Origin: Candidatus Alkanophaga liquidiphilum
GTDB lineage: Archaea; Halobacteriota; Syntropharchaeia; Alkanophagales; B39-G2
NCBI GenBank assembly: GCA_029259535.1
Contig: JAPHEF010000004.1
Coordinates: forward strand, 5,408-69,407
DNA: 64,000 nt
Direction of reading: 5' to 3'
The position numbers were made by a program, and so were the translations under genes. Shown piece by piece: positions 29,898-38,939 of the stretch; the first letter of the stretch is position 1; each line of letters begins with the position of its first letter. Under the pieces are notes generated by a model. The model worked only from the letters and a program-made list of their open reading frames with translations, was not told the DNA's origin and made no database searches.

Positions 29898-30713
29898 ATG
29901 AGAGTGGGCATTATTGGCTGTGGCGCCATAGGAACGGAGATAAGCAGAGCTGTGGATGAAGACAGGCGTATGGAGCTTGTCTTCTTGGTGGACAGGCATC
30001 CCGAGCGGGTGGAAAAGCTCTGCAGCATGCTCAGGAAGAAGCCAAAGTTCATTAAGTTTAGTGGTGAGGGATTTGAAGAGCTTTTACCGCACATAGATTT
30101 GCTCGTGGAGTGTGCGTCACAGTCTGCGGTCTGTGAGTTCGTGCTTCCAGCGCTAAGGGCGGGGAAAGATGTCCTGATTTTAAGCGTCGGCGCCTTAGTG
30201 GACGCAGAGCTGCTTGAGGAGGTGGAGCGGCACGCTAAGGAGAAAAATTGCCGTGTTTACATTCCCTCGGGGGCGGTCGTTGGGATAGACGGCTTGAAGT
30301 CGGGGGGTATCGGTAAGATTCATTCTGTCCGCCTACGCACGAGGAAGCCGCCGTGCGGCTTCGAGGGCAACAAGCACGTGAATTTTGAGGAGCTGAACGA
30401 GGCGAGCGAGCCGAAAGTCCTGTTCCGAGGAAGCGCAAAAGAAGCGGTGCGGCTGTTCCCCGAAAACGTGAACGTTGCAGCTTCCTTAAGCCTTGCGGGC
30501 ATCGGCGTCGAGAAGACTGAGGTAGAAGTCGTCGCCGATCCCACGATTGACAAGAACATCCACGAGGTCGAAGTCCGTGGCGAATTCGGGAGGTTCGTGA
30601 CGCTTGTCGAAAACGTGCCGTCGCCGTCGAACCCCAAGACCAGCTATCTTGCGGCGCTCTCCGCCATCGCAACCCTCAAAGGCATCGTCTCAAACGTAAG
30701 GGTCGGAACATAG
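29898..30713 (+). CDS. nadX: L-aspartate dehydrogenase
   Basis: MRVGIIGCGAIG Rossmann start, IPSGAVVGIDGLK, about 270 aa. Confidence 0.8.
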   Translation: MRVGIIGCGAIGTEISRAVDEDRRMELVFLVDRHPERVEKLCSMLRKKPKFIKFSGEGFEELLPHIDLLVECASQSAVCEFVLPALRAGKDVLILSVGALVDAELLEEVERHAKEKNCRVYIPSGAVVGIDGLKSGGIGKIHSVRLRTRKPPCGFEGNKHVNFEELNEASEPKVLFRGSAKEAVRLFPENVNVAASLSLAGIGVEKTEVEVVADPTIDKNIHEVEVRGEFGRFVTLVENVPSPSNPKTSYLAALSAIATLKGIVSNVRVGT

Positions 30714-30719
30714 CTTGTA

Positions 30720-31508
30720 ATGCAGGCTGAGATAGGAGAGGAAATAGAAATAATCGGCGGCTACCCCGCTTTATACTTGCGGGATAGCGACGCCGTCTGC
30801 ATTGCGGACCTCCATTTAGGCTACGAGGAGGCTTTAGCTGAAAGCAGCGGCATTACGATGCCGAGTCGGCAACTCGAAGAGGTGAAAAGGCGGCTGCTCG
30901 CAGTTGCCGCCACAGTGCTGGAATGCAAGGCAGGAGCCTGCAGCGGGGGAGAGAAAATCTCGAAGCTGATAATAAATGGCGACCTGAAGCATGTTTTTTC
31001 AAGGGCGAGCTTTCAGGAGTGGCGGGAGGTCCCGATGTTCATGGAGTTTGCGTCCAGCCTTTTCGAGGAGATAATCTTGGTGCGGGGGAACCACGACACG
31101 AAGCTCTCGCCGTTGCGCCGCCACGCCGTAAAGGTCGTAAGTTCGCACACCGAGGGCGACACTCTTCTCTCGCACGGACACCTCACATTAAATGCTGAAA
31201 ACTTCGAAAACGTGATAATCGCACACGAGCATCCTGTGCTCGTTCTGGGTGACCGCGTCGGCGCTAGAGTGAAACTCCCGTGTTTTCTACGAGGTGCCCT
31301 CGACAACGCAAACCTGATAGTGATGCCGGCGTTCTCCCCGCTCGCCGGCGGCACGCCCGTGAACCTTGCGAGTGCTGAAGAGCTTTTATCGCCGATATTA
31401 AAGGAGATAGGTCTGGAGGAGATGGAGGTCTTCGCCGTGGATGAGGAGGCTGGAGTCCTGAGTTTCCCAAGGCTCAAGGAGTGGCGGGCAGTGTCCCTGC
31501 GGCTTTAG
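30720..31508 (+). CDS. calcineurin-like metallophosphoesterase
   Basis: Motifs IADLHLG, NGDLKH, RGNHD and SHGH. Confidence 0.7.
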   Translation: MQAEIGEEIEIIGGYPALYLRDSDAVCIADLHLGYEEALAESSGITMPSRQLEEVKRRLLAVAATVLECKAGACSGGEKISKLIINGDLKHVFSRASFQEWREVPMFMEFASSLFEEIILVRGNHDTKLSPLRRHAVKVVSSHTEGDTLLSHGHLTLNAENFENVIIAHEHPVLVLGDRVGARVKLPCFLRGALDNANLIVMPAFSPLAGGTPVNLASAEELLSPILKEIGLEEMEVFAVDEEAGVLSFPRLKEWRAVSLRL

Positions 31509-31514
31509 CCTAAA

Positions 31515-32666
31515 ATGCGGGCGGAATTCTTGCTTAAGCAGGAAGGAACCACGAAGCTAAAGGTTCCGGCGGAAATAAAGCGTTCAGCATTCTATAATCC
31601 GAAGATGGAGCTTTGTCGGGATGTGGATATTGCCTGCCTTGCCGCATTCTCACGCATCGCTCCCAAAAAAGAGCGCAGATATGCAGACGCGCTTGCGGGG
31701 ACGGGTGTGCGAGGTGTTCGTGCTGCGAACGAGCTTGGCATCGCCGCCGAGATAAATGACCTTAGCGCTGAAGCTTACATGCTCATAAATGAAAACATCA
31801 AGCTTAACAATGTGGAGAAGCTTGCGAGGGCACACAACAAGGACGCTAACGTCTTCCTTTCCGAGCGCCGCTACGAAATCGTGGACCTGGACCCCTTCGG
31901 CTCGCCGGTCCCATTTCTTGACTCAGCGTGCCGCAGCGTCACCGAGCTCTTGCTCGTCACCGCTACGGACACTGCGCCGCTCTGCGGCGCTCACCCCGCA
32001 GGCACGAGGAAATACGAAGCGAGACCGCTGAAGACCGAATACCACCGGGAGATGGGCGTCCGCATCCTGCTCGGCACCGTAATTCGAAGGCTGGCGGCGC
32101 ACGAGAAAGCGGCGACGCCGCTCCTTGTATATGCAAAAAAGCACTTCATCCGCCTCGTGCTGAGAGTTGAGCGGGGCGCACGGCAGGCTGATGCATCATT
32201 AAAACAGCTCGGCTTCGTCGCCCACTGCTTTGGCTGCGGCAACCACCTCCTTTTCAATTGCAAGGACTTCTTAGAGTTTAGAGGGGCGGGGCGCTGCTCT
32301 CATTGCGGCAGCAGGATGAAGGTCGCAGGTCCGCTCTATTTAGGCTCAATAAAGAACAAAACGTTCTGCGAGGAAGCTCTACACGCAGCAAATAGGTTTG
32401 AACTCGGTATGAAAAAGCAGGTCGAAAAAATCCTTAAGACGAGTAGGGACGAGCTTGACATCCCTTTCTACTACGAGCATCATGCGTTATGCAAACGGCT
32501 TAAAATCACTCCTCTGCCTTTAGTGTCCGTTTTAGAAGCTTTAAGGGCTGCCGGCTTCTCAGCATCGAAAACAGTATTTTCTGACACCGGCTTCAAGACG
32601 GACGCGAACATCAAGGAAATACATGAAGTTCTGACCTGTTCAGAGCATATGCCCCCTCATTTTTGA
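31515..32666 (+). CDS. trm1: tRNA (guanine26-N2)-dimethyltransferase
   Basis: FYNPKMELCRD, DALAGTGVRG, DLDPFGSP and a C-terminal Cys cluster CFGCG...CSHCG. Confidence 0.85.
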   Translation: MRAEFLLKQEGTTKLKVPAEIKRSAFYNPKMELCRDVDIACLAAFSRIAPKKERRYADALAGTGVRGVRAANELGIAAEINDLSAEAYMLINENIKLNNVEKLARAHNKDANVFLSERRYEIVDLDPFGSPVPFLDSACRSVTELLLVTATDTAPLCGAHPAGTRKYEARPLKTEYHREMGVRILLGTVIRRLAAHEKAATPLLVYAKKHFIRLVLRVERGARQADASLKQLGFVAHCFGCGNHLLFNCKDFLEFRGAGRCSHCGSRMKVAGPLYLGSIKNKTFCEEALHAANRFELGMKKQVEKILKTSRDELDIPFYYEHHALCKRLKITPLPLVSVLEALRAAGFSASKTVFSDTGFKTDANIKEIHEVLTCSEHMPPHF

Positions 32667-32693
32667 CAAAAGCTAACTTTCGAGCTAAGGACT

Positions 32694-33689
32694 TCAGAGT
32701 TCCAGCAGTCTCGCCGTCGCGTATGCCGGGAACACTTTTGATATTTCTTTGCCAAAAACCTCCGAGATCGAGGTGCGTTTTAGGTTGAGGCGACGAGCCG
32801 CCTCCGCAACGAGGAACTCGCCGACGCCAGCGGAGACGACCGTGCGCAGTTGAAAACGCCTGCTCAGCCACCTCATACTCTCCATCAGCTCGTTTAGCTG
32901 CGCCTCCCTCGCTTGCCTTGCGACCTCCAAAATTTCCCCCTTACTTAATTCCTCAAGGTCGCAGCAGAGCAACCTTGCAAGCCGCCGTAGTGCGGCGGTC
33001 TCGCTCTTAGCGTCAGCGTTGTCGGTGTATGCGTAGCCGTCAGGGCATTCGCAGGTGTAGTCCGCATGCCGCAAATCGCCTAAAAGGAGATAAACGTCGG
33101 CGGCAACTGCAAAAAGCTCCGCTGAGATTTTATAGCGGCGCCGCTGTAGCCACACCTCCCGCAGAATCGTGGCAACGCTTGTCCTGAGGACGCCGCTATA
33201 AATAAGCTCACCGGTCCGCAAGCGTTCCAAGTCGGACTTCCAGCTCATGCCCTCTTTAACGGGAAGGATGTCGGTGGTCGTGCTGCCGACGTCCACGAAG
33301 AGCGTTTCTCCGAAAGTGCGGCGGACGAGCGTGGCAGACGCCAGCCAATTCGTCGAAGCGAAGGAAGGCTCGTCGCCCTCATCTATTTCTCTAAAGTTGC
33401 CGCTTTTATCGAAGAACAGCGCTTCGGGGAACGCCGAGCGGACAACGCTCTCGATATAGCGGACGCCCTCCCGCTTAGTCCTGAAGCAATCGCAGAGCTC
33501 GCCAGTCATCACTACGCCTACCATCTCTACCTCGCCGAACCGCTCCTCCACCTCCGCCCGCAACTCCAACAACGTCCGCCGCAGCTCCTCCTTCTTTCTC
33601 CAAAGCGGCAAATACACTGACTCCACGAACTCCCCGCCAGAGGAGGCTACCTTCGTGTTCGCACCGCCCACGTCTATGCCGAGAATCAT
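32694..33689 (-). CDS. H4MPT-linked C1-transfer-pathway protein (ASKHA/hydantoinase-A-like)
   Basis: MILGIDVGGANTKVA and LFVDVGSTTTD phosphate-binding motifs of the ASKHA fold, about 330 aa. Confidence 0.6.
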   Translation of the reverse strand: MILGIDVGGANTKVASSGGEFVESVYLPLWRKKEELRRTLLELRAEVEERFGEVEMVGVVMTGELCDCFRTKREGVRYIESVVRSAFPEALFFDKSGNFREIDEGDEPSFASTNWLASATLVRRTFGETLFVDVGSTTTDILPVKEGMSWKSDLERLRTGELIYSGVLRTSVATILREVWLQRRRYKISAELFAVAADVYLLLGDLRHADYTCECPDGYAYTDNADAKSETAALRRLARLLCCDLEELSKGEILEVARQAREAQLNELMESMRWLSRRFQLRTVVSAGVGEFLVAEAARRLNLKRTSISEVFGKEISKVFPAYATARLLEL

Positions 33690-33758
33690 ATTTTCAGATT
33701 GACCGCTTAGAATTAACTGGTATTATATCTCCCACTGCCAGTCACCCCATCCCGTCGC

Positions 33759-34358
33759 CTAAAGTCTCTTCTGGTAGATTCGAGAGGCAACGCCAAGAAC
33801 GGCAGCGAGCACCGCCGCCACGAATGCGAGCGTGAGCGTCATGCGGACGGGGGCGGAGAAGCGGGCGTTCGCCAACTCGATGACGACGCTGCCCTCGCCA
33901 TAAAAGTAAGGCAAGGCGCTTCGTAGCTGGAGCGGGGCGCCGCCTATTAAGGCGCCGAAAGCCTCGGAGGAATAATTTAGGAGCACGGTAAGGAAGAGCA
34001 ACGCCGCAACGAACGCCATAACGAGCCAGAGGAGCTTTCTTGCGCTGAAGAGGACAAGCGTTTCCGCAGCCGTCGCTCGCCGTTCTGAGGCGGTGAGGAT
34101 CGAGCCTACGAGGAGAAGCATGCCCAAGTAAACGACGACGAGCTTGAGCGCAAGGCAAATCCACCAGAACAGTGGCGAGTGCACCACCTCACTGCCAAAG
34201 AACCACACCTCCACCTCAAACGGTGACACCGCCATGATTACGGCTCTGTCGCCAAGCGTGAGCCGCCACCACGCACCCATGAGCGGCAAAGCCAGCGTGA
34301 ACAAACCCGCAACTACTCCCAGCCAGTTTATTCTACGCCACACCTTCTCCTCAGACAT
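33759..34358 (-). CDS. multi-pass membrane protein, unknown function
   Basis: Five or six hydrophobic segments. It lies directly downstream of repeat copy B on the same strand. Confidence 0.5.
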   Translation of the reverse strand: MSEEKVWRRINWLGVVAGLFTLALPLMGAWWRLTLGDRAVIMAVSPFEVEVWFFGSEVVHSPLFWWICLALKLVVVYLGMLLLVGSILTASERRATAAETLVLFSARKLLWLVMAFVAALLFLTVLLNYSSEAFGALIGGAPLQLRSALPYFYGEGSVVIELANARFSAPVRMTLTLAFVAAVLAAVLGVASRIYQKRL

Positions 34359-34390
34359 TAAAATCCCCTAATTCATAGCTCTTGGTGGCA

Positions 34391-34642
34391 GGAGACCACC
34401 CGACGGGTGGAGGAATGCCGCCTTTCTCACCCCCGTTAGCTTTTAAAGTCGGGCTCCAATATTACTTTAAGCGGAAGCCCTAAGGCACCCTTTGGGAAAC
34501 CGCTGTGGGGCGATGATGCTTGAAACTGTGTGGATAGGAGCGGGCTCCCGTCCACAGGGCTGCTGTCAACCAGCCTGATGTAGGGGTTGTCCTGCATGGC
34601 AATCACCTACAAGCCTCCCGTTTCAACGGGTGGTAGTTGACT
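34391..34642 (-). repeat. copy B of the structured non-coding element (see 14672..14910)
   Basis: Its reverse complement aligns with copy A. Its 5' end overlaps the last codons and TGA stop (34623-34625) of the upstream gene. Confidence 0.75.
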
Positions 34643-35108
34643 CCCACACTTCCAGAATTATCCCACTAACGTTTATCCTCATGGATGCGCTGCGAAGCGT
34701 CAACTGCTCTGAGGATTTGGCGTTTTCAAGAGCTTCTGCTGGTAGCTTCCCTTCCAGCCGCAAATTAGCCGAGCCTTTTGCTGGAACTTCAACGGCATTC
34801 GGCAGACTCACAACGCTCGTGCTTTCTCCTACGGCAACTTCCACCGAAAGCTCTTCTACCTGCACGGGCACGCTCAGCAGCGAATTCAACTTCAGCTCAA
34901 GAACGAATGTCCCATCTTCAGAGAGTTCGAAGCTCGCAACTTCCAAAAATTTCGCTTCGGCGTCGAGCTTGAAAGGCATGAGCCGCTTTACAGTCTTTGT
35001 CAGGTCTTCGGGAAAAAGAGCTGCCCGCCAACCATGCGTTGCGAACGCCGCCACAATGCACATGATTAATATGACCGTTGGAGCGGTAGAGAGGACGGCT
35101 TTTAGCAT
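34623..35108 (-). CDS. membrane-anchored hypothetical protein
   Basis: Start MLKAVLSTAPTVILIMCIVAAF (TM anchor), with TTTATAAA about 20 nt upstream (reverse strand near 35130). The remainder appears beta-rich. Confidence 0.5.
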   Translation of the reverse strand: MLKAVLSTAPTVILIMCIVAAFATHGWRAALFPEDLTKTVKRLMPFKLDAEAKFLEVASFELSEDGTFVLELKLNSLLSVPVQVEELSVEVAVGESTSVVSLPNAVEVPAKGSANLRLEGKLPAEALENAKSSEQLTLRSASMRINVSGIILEVWESTTTR

Positions 35109-35261
35109 CACACCAACATGATTCTCTAACTTTATAAATCGTTTGCGAGCTGCCCCTCGACAGCATAATCTCCATACGCGCCGCATCCAAGCGATGGGCA
35201 ACAACCACAAACCGAAAAGCTTAATTACTTATTAACATTAAACTCAACAAGGAGCTTAAGG

Positions 35262-35510
35262 ATGCACGGAGCCGTCGGGAGCGGGGACGTGAAGAAGCGA
35301 ATCATGAAATTGCTGGCGAACGAGGCGCAGCCGATGACAATTTCGGAGATTGCAAAGAAAGTGGGCGTGAGCTGGGCGACTGCGAAAACGCACGTGCTTG
35401 AGCTGTCGCAAGCGAATTTGTTGAAGGTGAAGAAGTTCGGGCGCAACTGGATAGTGTGGAAAGAGTTTGAGAAGCGGGAGCGGAGGACGTGCTCCGTGTT
35501 TAAGAGGTGA
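35262..35510 (+). CDS. winged-helix (ArsR-like) DNA-binding protein
   Basis: KKRIMKLLANEAQPMTISEIAKKVGVSWATAKTHVLELSQANLLKV. Confidence 0.7.
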   Translation: MHGAVGSGDVKKRIMKLLANEAQPMTISEIAKKVGVSWATAKTHVLELSQANLLKVKKFGRNWIVWKEFEKRERRTCSVFKR

Positions 35511-35514
35511 GAAA

Positions 35515-36627
35515 ATGGTGGAGGAGAAAGGGAACATTACCGACCTTGAGTCGAAAGTGGTGTATGCGGACCTTTGCTGCTACTGTGGCGCCTGCGGGGC
35601 GTTCTGCCGTGAGTATATCACGTATGAGGACGAGAAGCCGACGACGAAGGAGAAGTGTTACGAGTATCACGGCGCCTGCTACGATTTCTGCCCGAGGACG
35701 TTCTTCGCACCGTTCGACGTCGAACGTGCGGTCTTCGGCGAAGTCCGCGAAGACAACGTGCTCGGCTACTACAAGGAGATCCTGACAGCGAGGGCAAAAG
35801 ACCCCGAAATCCAAAAGCGGGCGCAGGACGGCGGCGTCGTCACCGCGCTCCTCTCCTACTTGTTGGAGAGTGGGAAAATAGACGCTGCAGCGGTGGCGAA
35901 GACCGCTGAGAGCGACGCTTGGAAGCCGGAGCCCTTCGTCGCAACGAGTAAGGATGACGTCCTTGCGGCAGCAGGCTCGAAATACACACAGTGCCCCGTG
36001 CTGCTCGGCGTCGGCGACGCAATACTCGACGGGAAGAAGAGCTTGGCGCTCGTCGGACTTCCGTGCCACGTGCAAGCGATGCGCAAGATTCAACTTTCCG
36101 AGAGCTTCGACGTCGGCGCTGACAAGGTCACGGCGGTCATCGGGCTCTTCTGCATGGAAACCTTCGACATGGAAGCGCTGAAGCAGAAGCTCGCCGAGAT
36201 TGATGTGAAGATTGAGGACGTGGAGAAATTCAACATAAAGAAGGGCAAGTTCCTGATAACCGTGAAAGGCGAGGAGAAGAGCATCCCTATAAAGGACATG
36301 AAAGGAGCAATGCGCCCCGCCTGCCGGGTCTGCTACGATTTCGCTGCAGAGTTCGCAGACGTGAGTGTCGGTAGCGTTGGCTCCGAGCTCGGCTGGAACA
36401 CTGTGATTGTGCGCAGCGAGCGTGGTGCGGAACTTGTGAAGGAAGCCGTCGAGAAAGGATATCTGGAGACACAGCCGCTCTCTGAGGAGGGAATAAATGC
36501 GGTGAAGACGCTCGCCACCCGGAAGAAGAAGGAGAACATGAAGAACATAGAGGCACAAGCGGGCAAGCTCAAGCTGCTGAACATGCTCGTCGAGCCGGAG
36601 CTGCTCTCGTTGCTCCTCCTCGAATAA
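35515..36627 (+). CDS. coenzyme F420 hydrogenase/dehydrogenase beta-subunit family protein
   Basis: SD AGAGGTGA precedes the ATG at 35515. N-terminal Fe-S motif CCYCGACGAFC. FrhB-like core includes GLPCHVQA and a later CRVC motif. Confidence 0.8.
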   Translation: MVEEKGNITDLESKVVYADLCCYCGACGAFCREYITYEDEKPTTKEKCYEYHGACYDFCPRTFFAPFDVERAVFGEVREDNVLGYYKEILTARAKDPEIQKRAQDGGVVTALLSYLLESGKIDAAAVAKTAESDAWKPEPFVATSKDDVLAAAGSKYTQCPVLLGVGDAILDGKKSLALVGLPCHVQAMRKIQLSESFDVGADKVTAVIGLFCMETFDMEALKQKLAEIDVKIEDVEKFNIKKGKFLITVKGEEKSIPIKDMKGAMRPACRVCYDFAAEFADVSVGSVGSELGWNTVIVRSERGAELVKEAVEKGYLETQPLSEEGINAVKTLATRKKKENMKNIEAQAGKLKLLNMLVEPELLSLLLLE

Positions 36628-36654
36628 TTATTTTTTCTTTTTCGAACTCGAGTG

Positions 36655-37266
36655 ATGCGTAAGCTGCAGGGCGACGAGCTGGTAAAAAAAGCTGTTAAGG
36701 CTATAAAAGCCGGCAACCTCGTAATATACCCAACGGAAACCGTTTACGGCATTGGAGCTGATGCATTTTCTAAGAGCGCCATAGTGAAGGTTTACGAGGT
36801 GAAAGGGCGGGATTTCCGCTCACCGATTTCCGTAGCGGTTTCTGACTACGAGATGCTGGAGGAGGTCGCCATCGTGGAAACGGCGGAGGAAGAATTCTTC
36901 ATAAAGCAGCTCTTGCCAGGACCTGTGACGCTGCTTCTGCGGCGCCGCCCCTCACTCCCAGATATCCTCACGGGGGGCTCCGAGCTTGTCGGCGTGCGGC
37001 TCCCCGAGCACGAGCTGGCACGGAAAATAATAAATGCTACGGGTCCGATAACCTCAACGAGCGCAAACATTTCAGGAAGGAAGCCGCCGACTCGCATTGA
37101 GGAGGTCGATGAGGGACTGCGACGTAAGATTCACGTCGTCATAGATGGTGGCATTTCCAAATACGGAAAGCCCTCGACCATCGTCGACCTCAAGTCCAAG
37201 AAAATAATAAGGAGGGGAGCAGGTTATGGAAAAGCACTGCATCTCTTGCAACGTGAGGCTCGTTGA
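36655..37266 (+). CDS. tsaC: L-threonylcarbamoyladenylate synthase (Sua5/TsaC family)
   Basis: Motifs YPTETVYGIGADA, LLPGPVTLLL, TSTSANISG and STIVDL. Confidence 0.85.
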   Translation: MRKLQGDELVKKAVKAIKAGNLVIYPTETVYGIGADAFSKSAIVKVYEVKGRDFRSPISVAVSDYEMLEEVAIVETAEEEFFIKQLLPGPVTLLLRRRPSLPDILTGGSELVGVRLPEHELARKIINATGPITSTSANISGRKPPTRIEEVDEGLRRKIHVVIDGGISKYGKPSTIVDLKSKKIIRRGAGYGKALHLLQREAR

Positions 37267-37387
37267 ACGTGGCTTTACGACGTTCCTGTGCCCGAACTGC
37301 GGCGAATACGAGATTCGAAGATGCGTGCGTTGCCGAAAGCTCAGTAACCCCTACGTATGCCCACAGTGTGGCTTCGTTGGTCCTTAG
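37226..37387 (+). CDS. small zinc-ribbon protein with four CxxC motifs (COG2888-like)
   Basis: Not in the ORF track (53 aa): MEKHCISCNVRLVERGFTTFLCPNCGEYEIRRCVRCRKLSNPYVCPQCGFVGP. SD GGAGGGG lies 8 nt upstream. It overlaps the tsaC 3' end by 41 nt. Confidence 0.65.
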   Translation: MEKHCISCNVRLVERGFTTFLCPNCGEYEIRRCVRCRKLSNPYVCPQCGFVGP

Positions 37388-37636
37388 CTTAGCTTAGGCA
37401 TTACAGCACGAAGTCCCACTCTACGCGGTCCTCGCTCACGAATCTGATTTCCGGCTCGTAGAGCATGACGTGCTAGCGGGCGTCGAAACTTACGGGAAGG
37501 GTGGGAAGCTTCAGCCGCAGCATGAACGTCCTATCGAAGCCTGCGGGTAACGTTAGCCGCCCAACGAGCAGCGTCCCTGTTGAGCCCGCATTCTGGGGCT
37601 TCGAAGTTTCAGACGAGTGGCACTGCGGCTCCTTTA

Positions 37637-37975
37637 GATTTCTCAGCGTGAGCAGTCGGCGGATATCTCGACGCTCGTCTTCAGCAAGTTCCCGTTCGTG
37701 GGCGAGCTGAAGGCTGAGAAAGGACGTTTTCAAGAGGCGCCGCGCGAGGGCACGCTCCCGGACGCTGCCGCTGTGCGCCTCGTCGTCCTGCAGCGCTTTC
37801 GTGAACAAGACGTTGCAGGAACTCCTTGAGCTGAGCGGCGGCTTCACCGTAGTCGCCGGCCCGAGCACGCCCCTTTCCAAGATCCTCTTCGAATACGGCG
37901 CCGATGCCCTCGCCGGCATCACCACGAACGCCGCTCATCTCAACGACGTGATAAGGCGGCGCAGGAAGAGCTGAA
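37637..37975 (+). pseudogene. frameshifted C-terminal relic of a DUF364-like (Rossmann-like) protein
   Basis: One frame reads ADISTLVFSKFPFVGELKAEKGRFQEAPREGTLPDAAAVRLVVL. The next frame reads SAFVNKTLQELLELSGGFTVVAGPSTPLSKILFEYGADALAGITTNAAHLNDVI. The frame switch lies near 37790, and no start or N-terminal domain is present. Confidence 0.4.
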
Positions 37976-38094
37976 TGCCTGCCTGTGTCTCTGTGTCTCA
38001 TAAAGTGAGAGAGAGAAAAGCGCATACCAACGCTCTTTGCGGAAGGCGGCGCCTTCCGTTACTATCAAATTTTACCGTCTCACAAATAGGAATA

Positions 38095-38883
38095 ATGGTA
38101 ACCGTAGCCGAAGTCAACGAAGTATTTGAGAAACAAGGTTTAAAGATAAAGCTGCCGTATCCGGCGGACTGGGAGGTCGCTGACATAAAAATCGTGGAGA
38201 AGAAGGAGTTTGCGAACGTCGTTCGGGTGCTGCTGGCGTTGCGGCTCATCGACAGCGAAGGTCGAGAAATTTCCGACCTTTATTACGGAGAGAGCGAGGT
38301 GAAGCGGGAGCCGAAAGTGAAGCGGGTGGTTGAGCCCTTGGAGGGGCTGAAGAAGGAGTTGCTGCCAGAGCGGGAGTCCGTGAGCTTTGAAAGCGAGGGG
38401 GATGCTCTTCAATATCTAAAAAACGCATTTTCGCATCTGCTTATGGACAAAGGCTACACGCTCGTTGCCGATAAAGAGGAAAGCAAGCACGTTGACATCT
38501 ACGCGGAGAAGGGGCGCCGCAAATTTTTTGCGAGCGTAGGTTTGCGAGCGGATGAGACTCTTGCGAGTATTGGCGAGCGGATGATAGAGCTTCGGGGGAA
38601 ATACGGCGGCGAGCATGACTACGCCGTCGTTGTCCCAGCTTTCCAAGAGCAGTTCGGCGTCACGCTTAACGACTTCGAAAACTGGCTTACAAGCTCCGGC
38701 GATCGCCTCACAAGATACAAAATCGGCGTCTACGCCGTGGACAACAAAAACCCGAACATCATATATCCGTTGACGGCATATCCGAAGGAGCGAGACCTGA
38801 TGGTTTACTTCATGCGGACAACGAGGCACTGGGAAATGATGAAGGAGCAGAGGATGCTAAAGAGGCGGGCTTTTAAGAGCTGA
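38095..38883 (+). CDS. hypothetical protein (possible degenerate PD-(D/E)xK-like core)
   Basis: Start MVTVAEVNEV. The middle segment LLMDKGYTLVADKEESKHVDIYAEKGRRKFFASVGLR resembles an Mrr-like nuclease core but lacks a clear E/QxK. It is the first gene of a four-gene plus-strand cluster. Confidence 0.45.
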   Translation: MVTVAEVNEVFEKQGLKIKLPYPADWEVADIKIVEKKEFANVVRVLLALRLIDSEGREISDLYYGESEVKREPKVKRVVEPLEGLKKELLPERESVSFESEGDALQYLKNAFSHLLMDKGYTLVADKEESKHVDIYAEKGRRKFFASVGLRADETLASIGERMIELRGKYGGEHDYAVVVPAFQEQFGVTLNDFENWLTSSGDRLTRYKIGVYAVDNKNPNIIYPLTAYPKERDLMVYFMRTTRHWEMMKEQRMLKRRAFKS

Positions 38884-38939
38884 AGCGAGACGCAAGGCTT
38901 ATGTAGCTCGCACTCGGCGAGCAGCGGCAGTGCAGCCGG

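Noticed and set aside
30720-31508. Metallophosphoesterase considered as the missing Mre11 partner of Rad50.
   Set aside because: At 262 aa it is too short. It lacks the Mre11 capping domain layout and lies 27 kb away in an unrelated gene context.
35500-36558. 352-aa minus-strand ORF, plus similar long antisense ORFs at 9099..9815, 9724..10482, 16668..17294, 8508..8921, 31013..31477, 42671..43129 and 51172..51756.
   Set aside because: Each lies antisense to a gene with clear family motifs. Their translations are low-complexity (Ser/Arg/Pro/Leu-rich) and lack any motif. They are typical shadow ORFs in GC-biased coding DNA.
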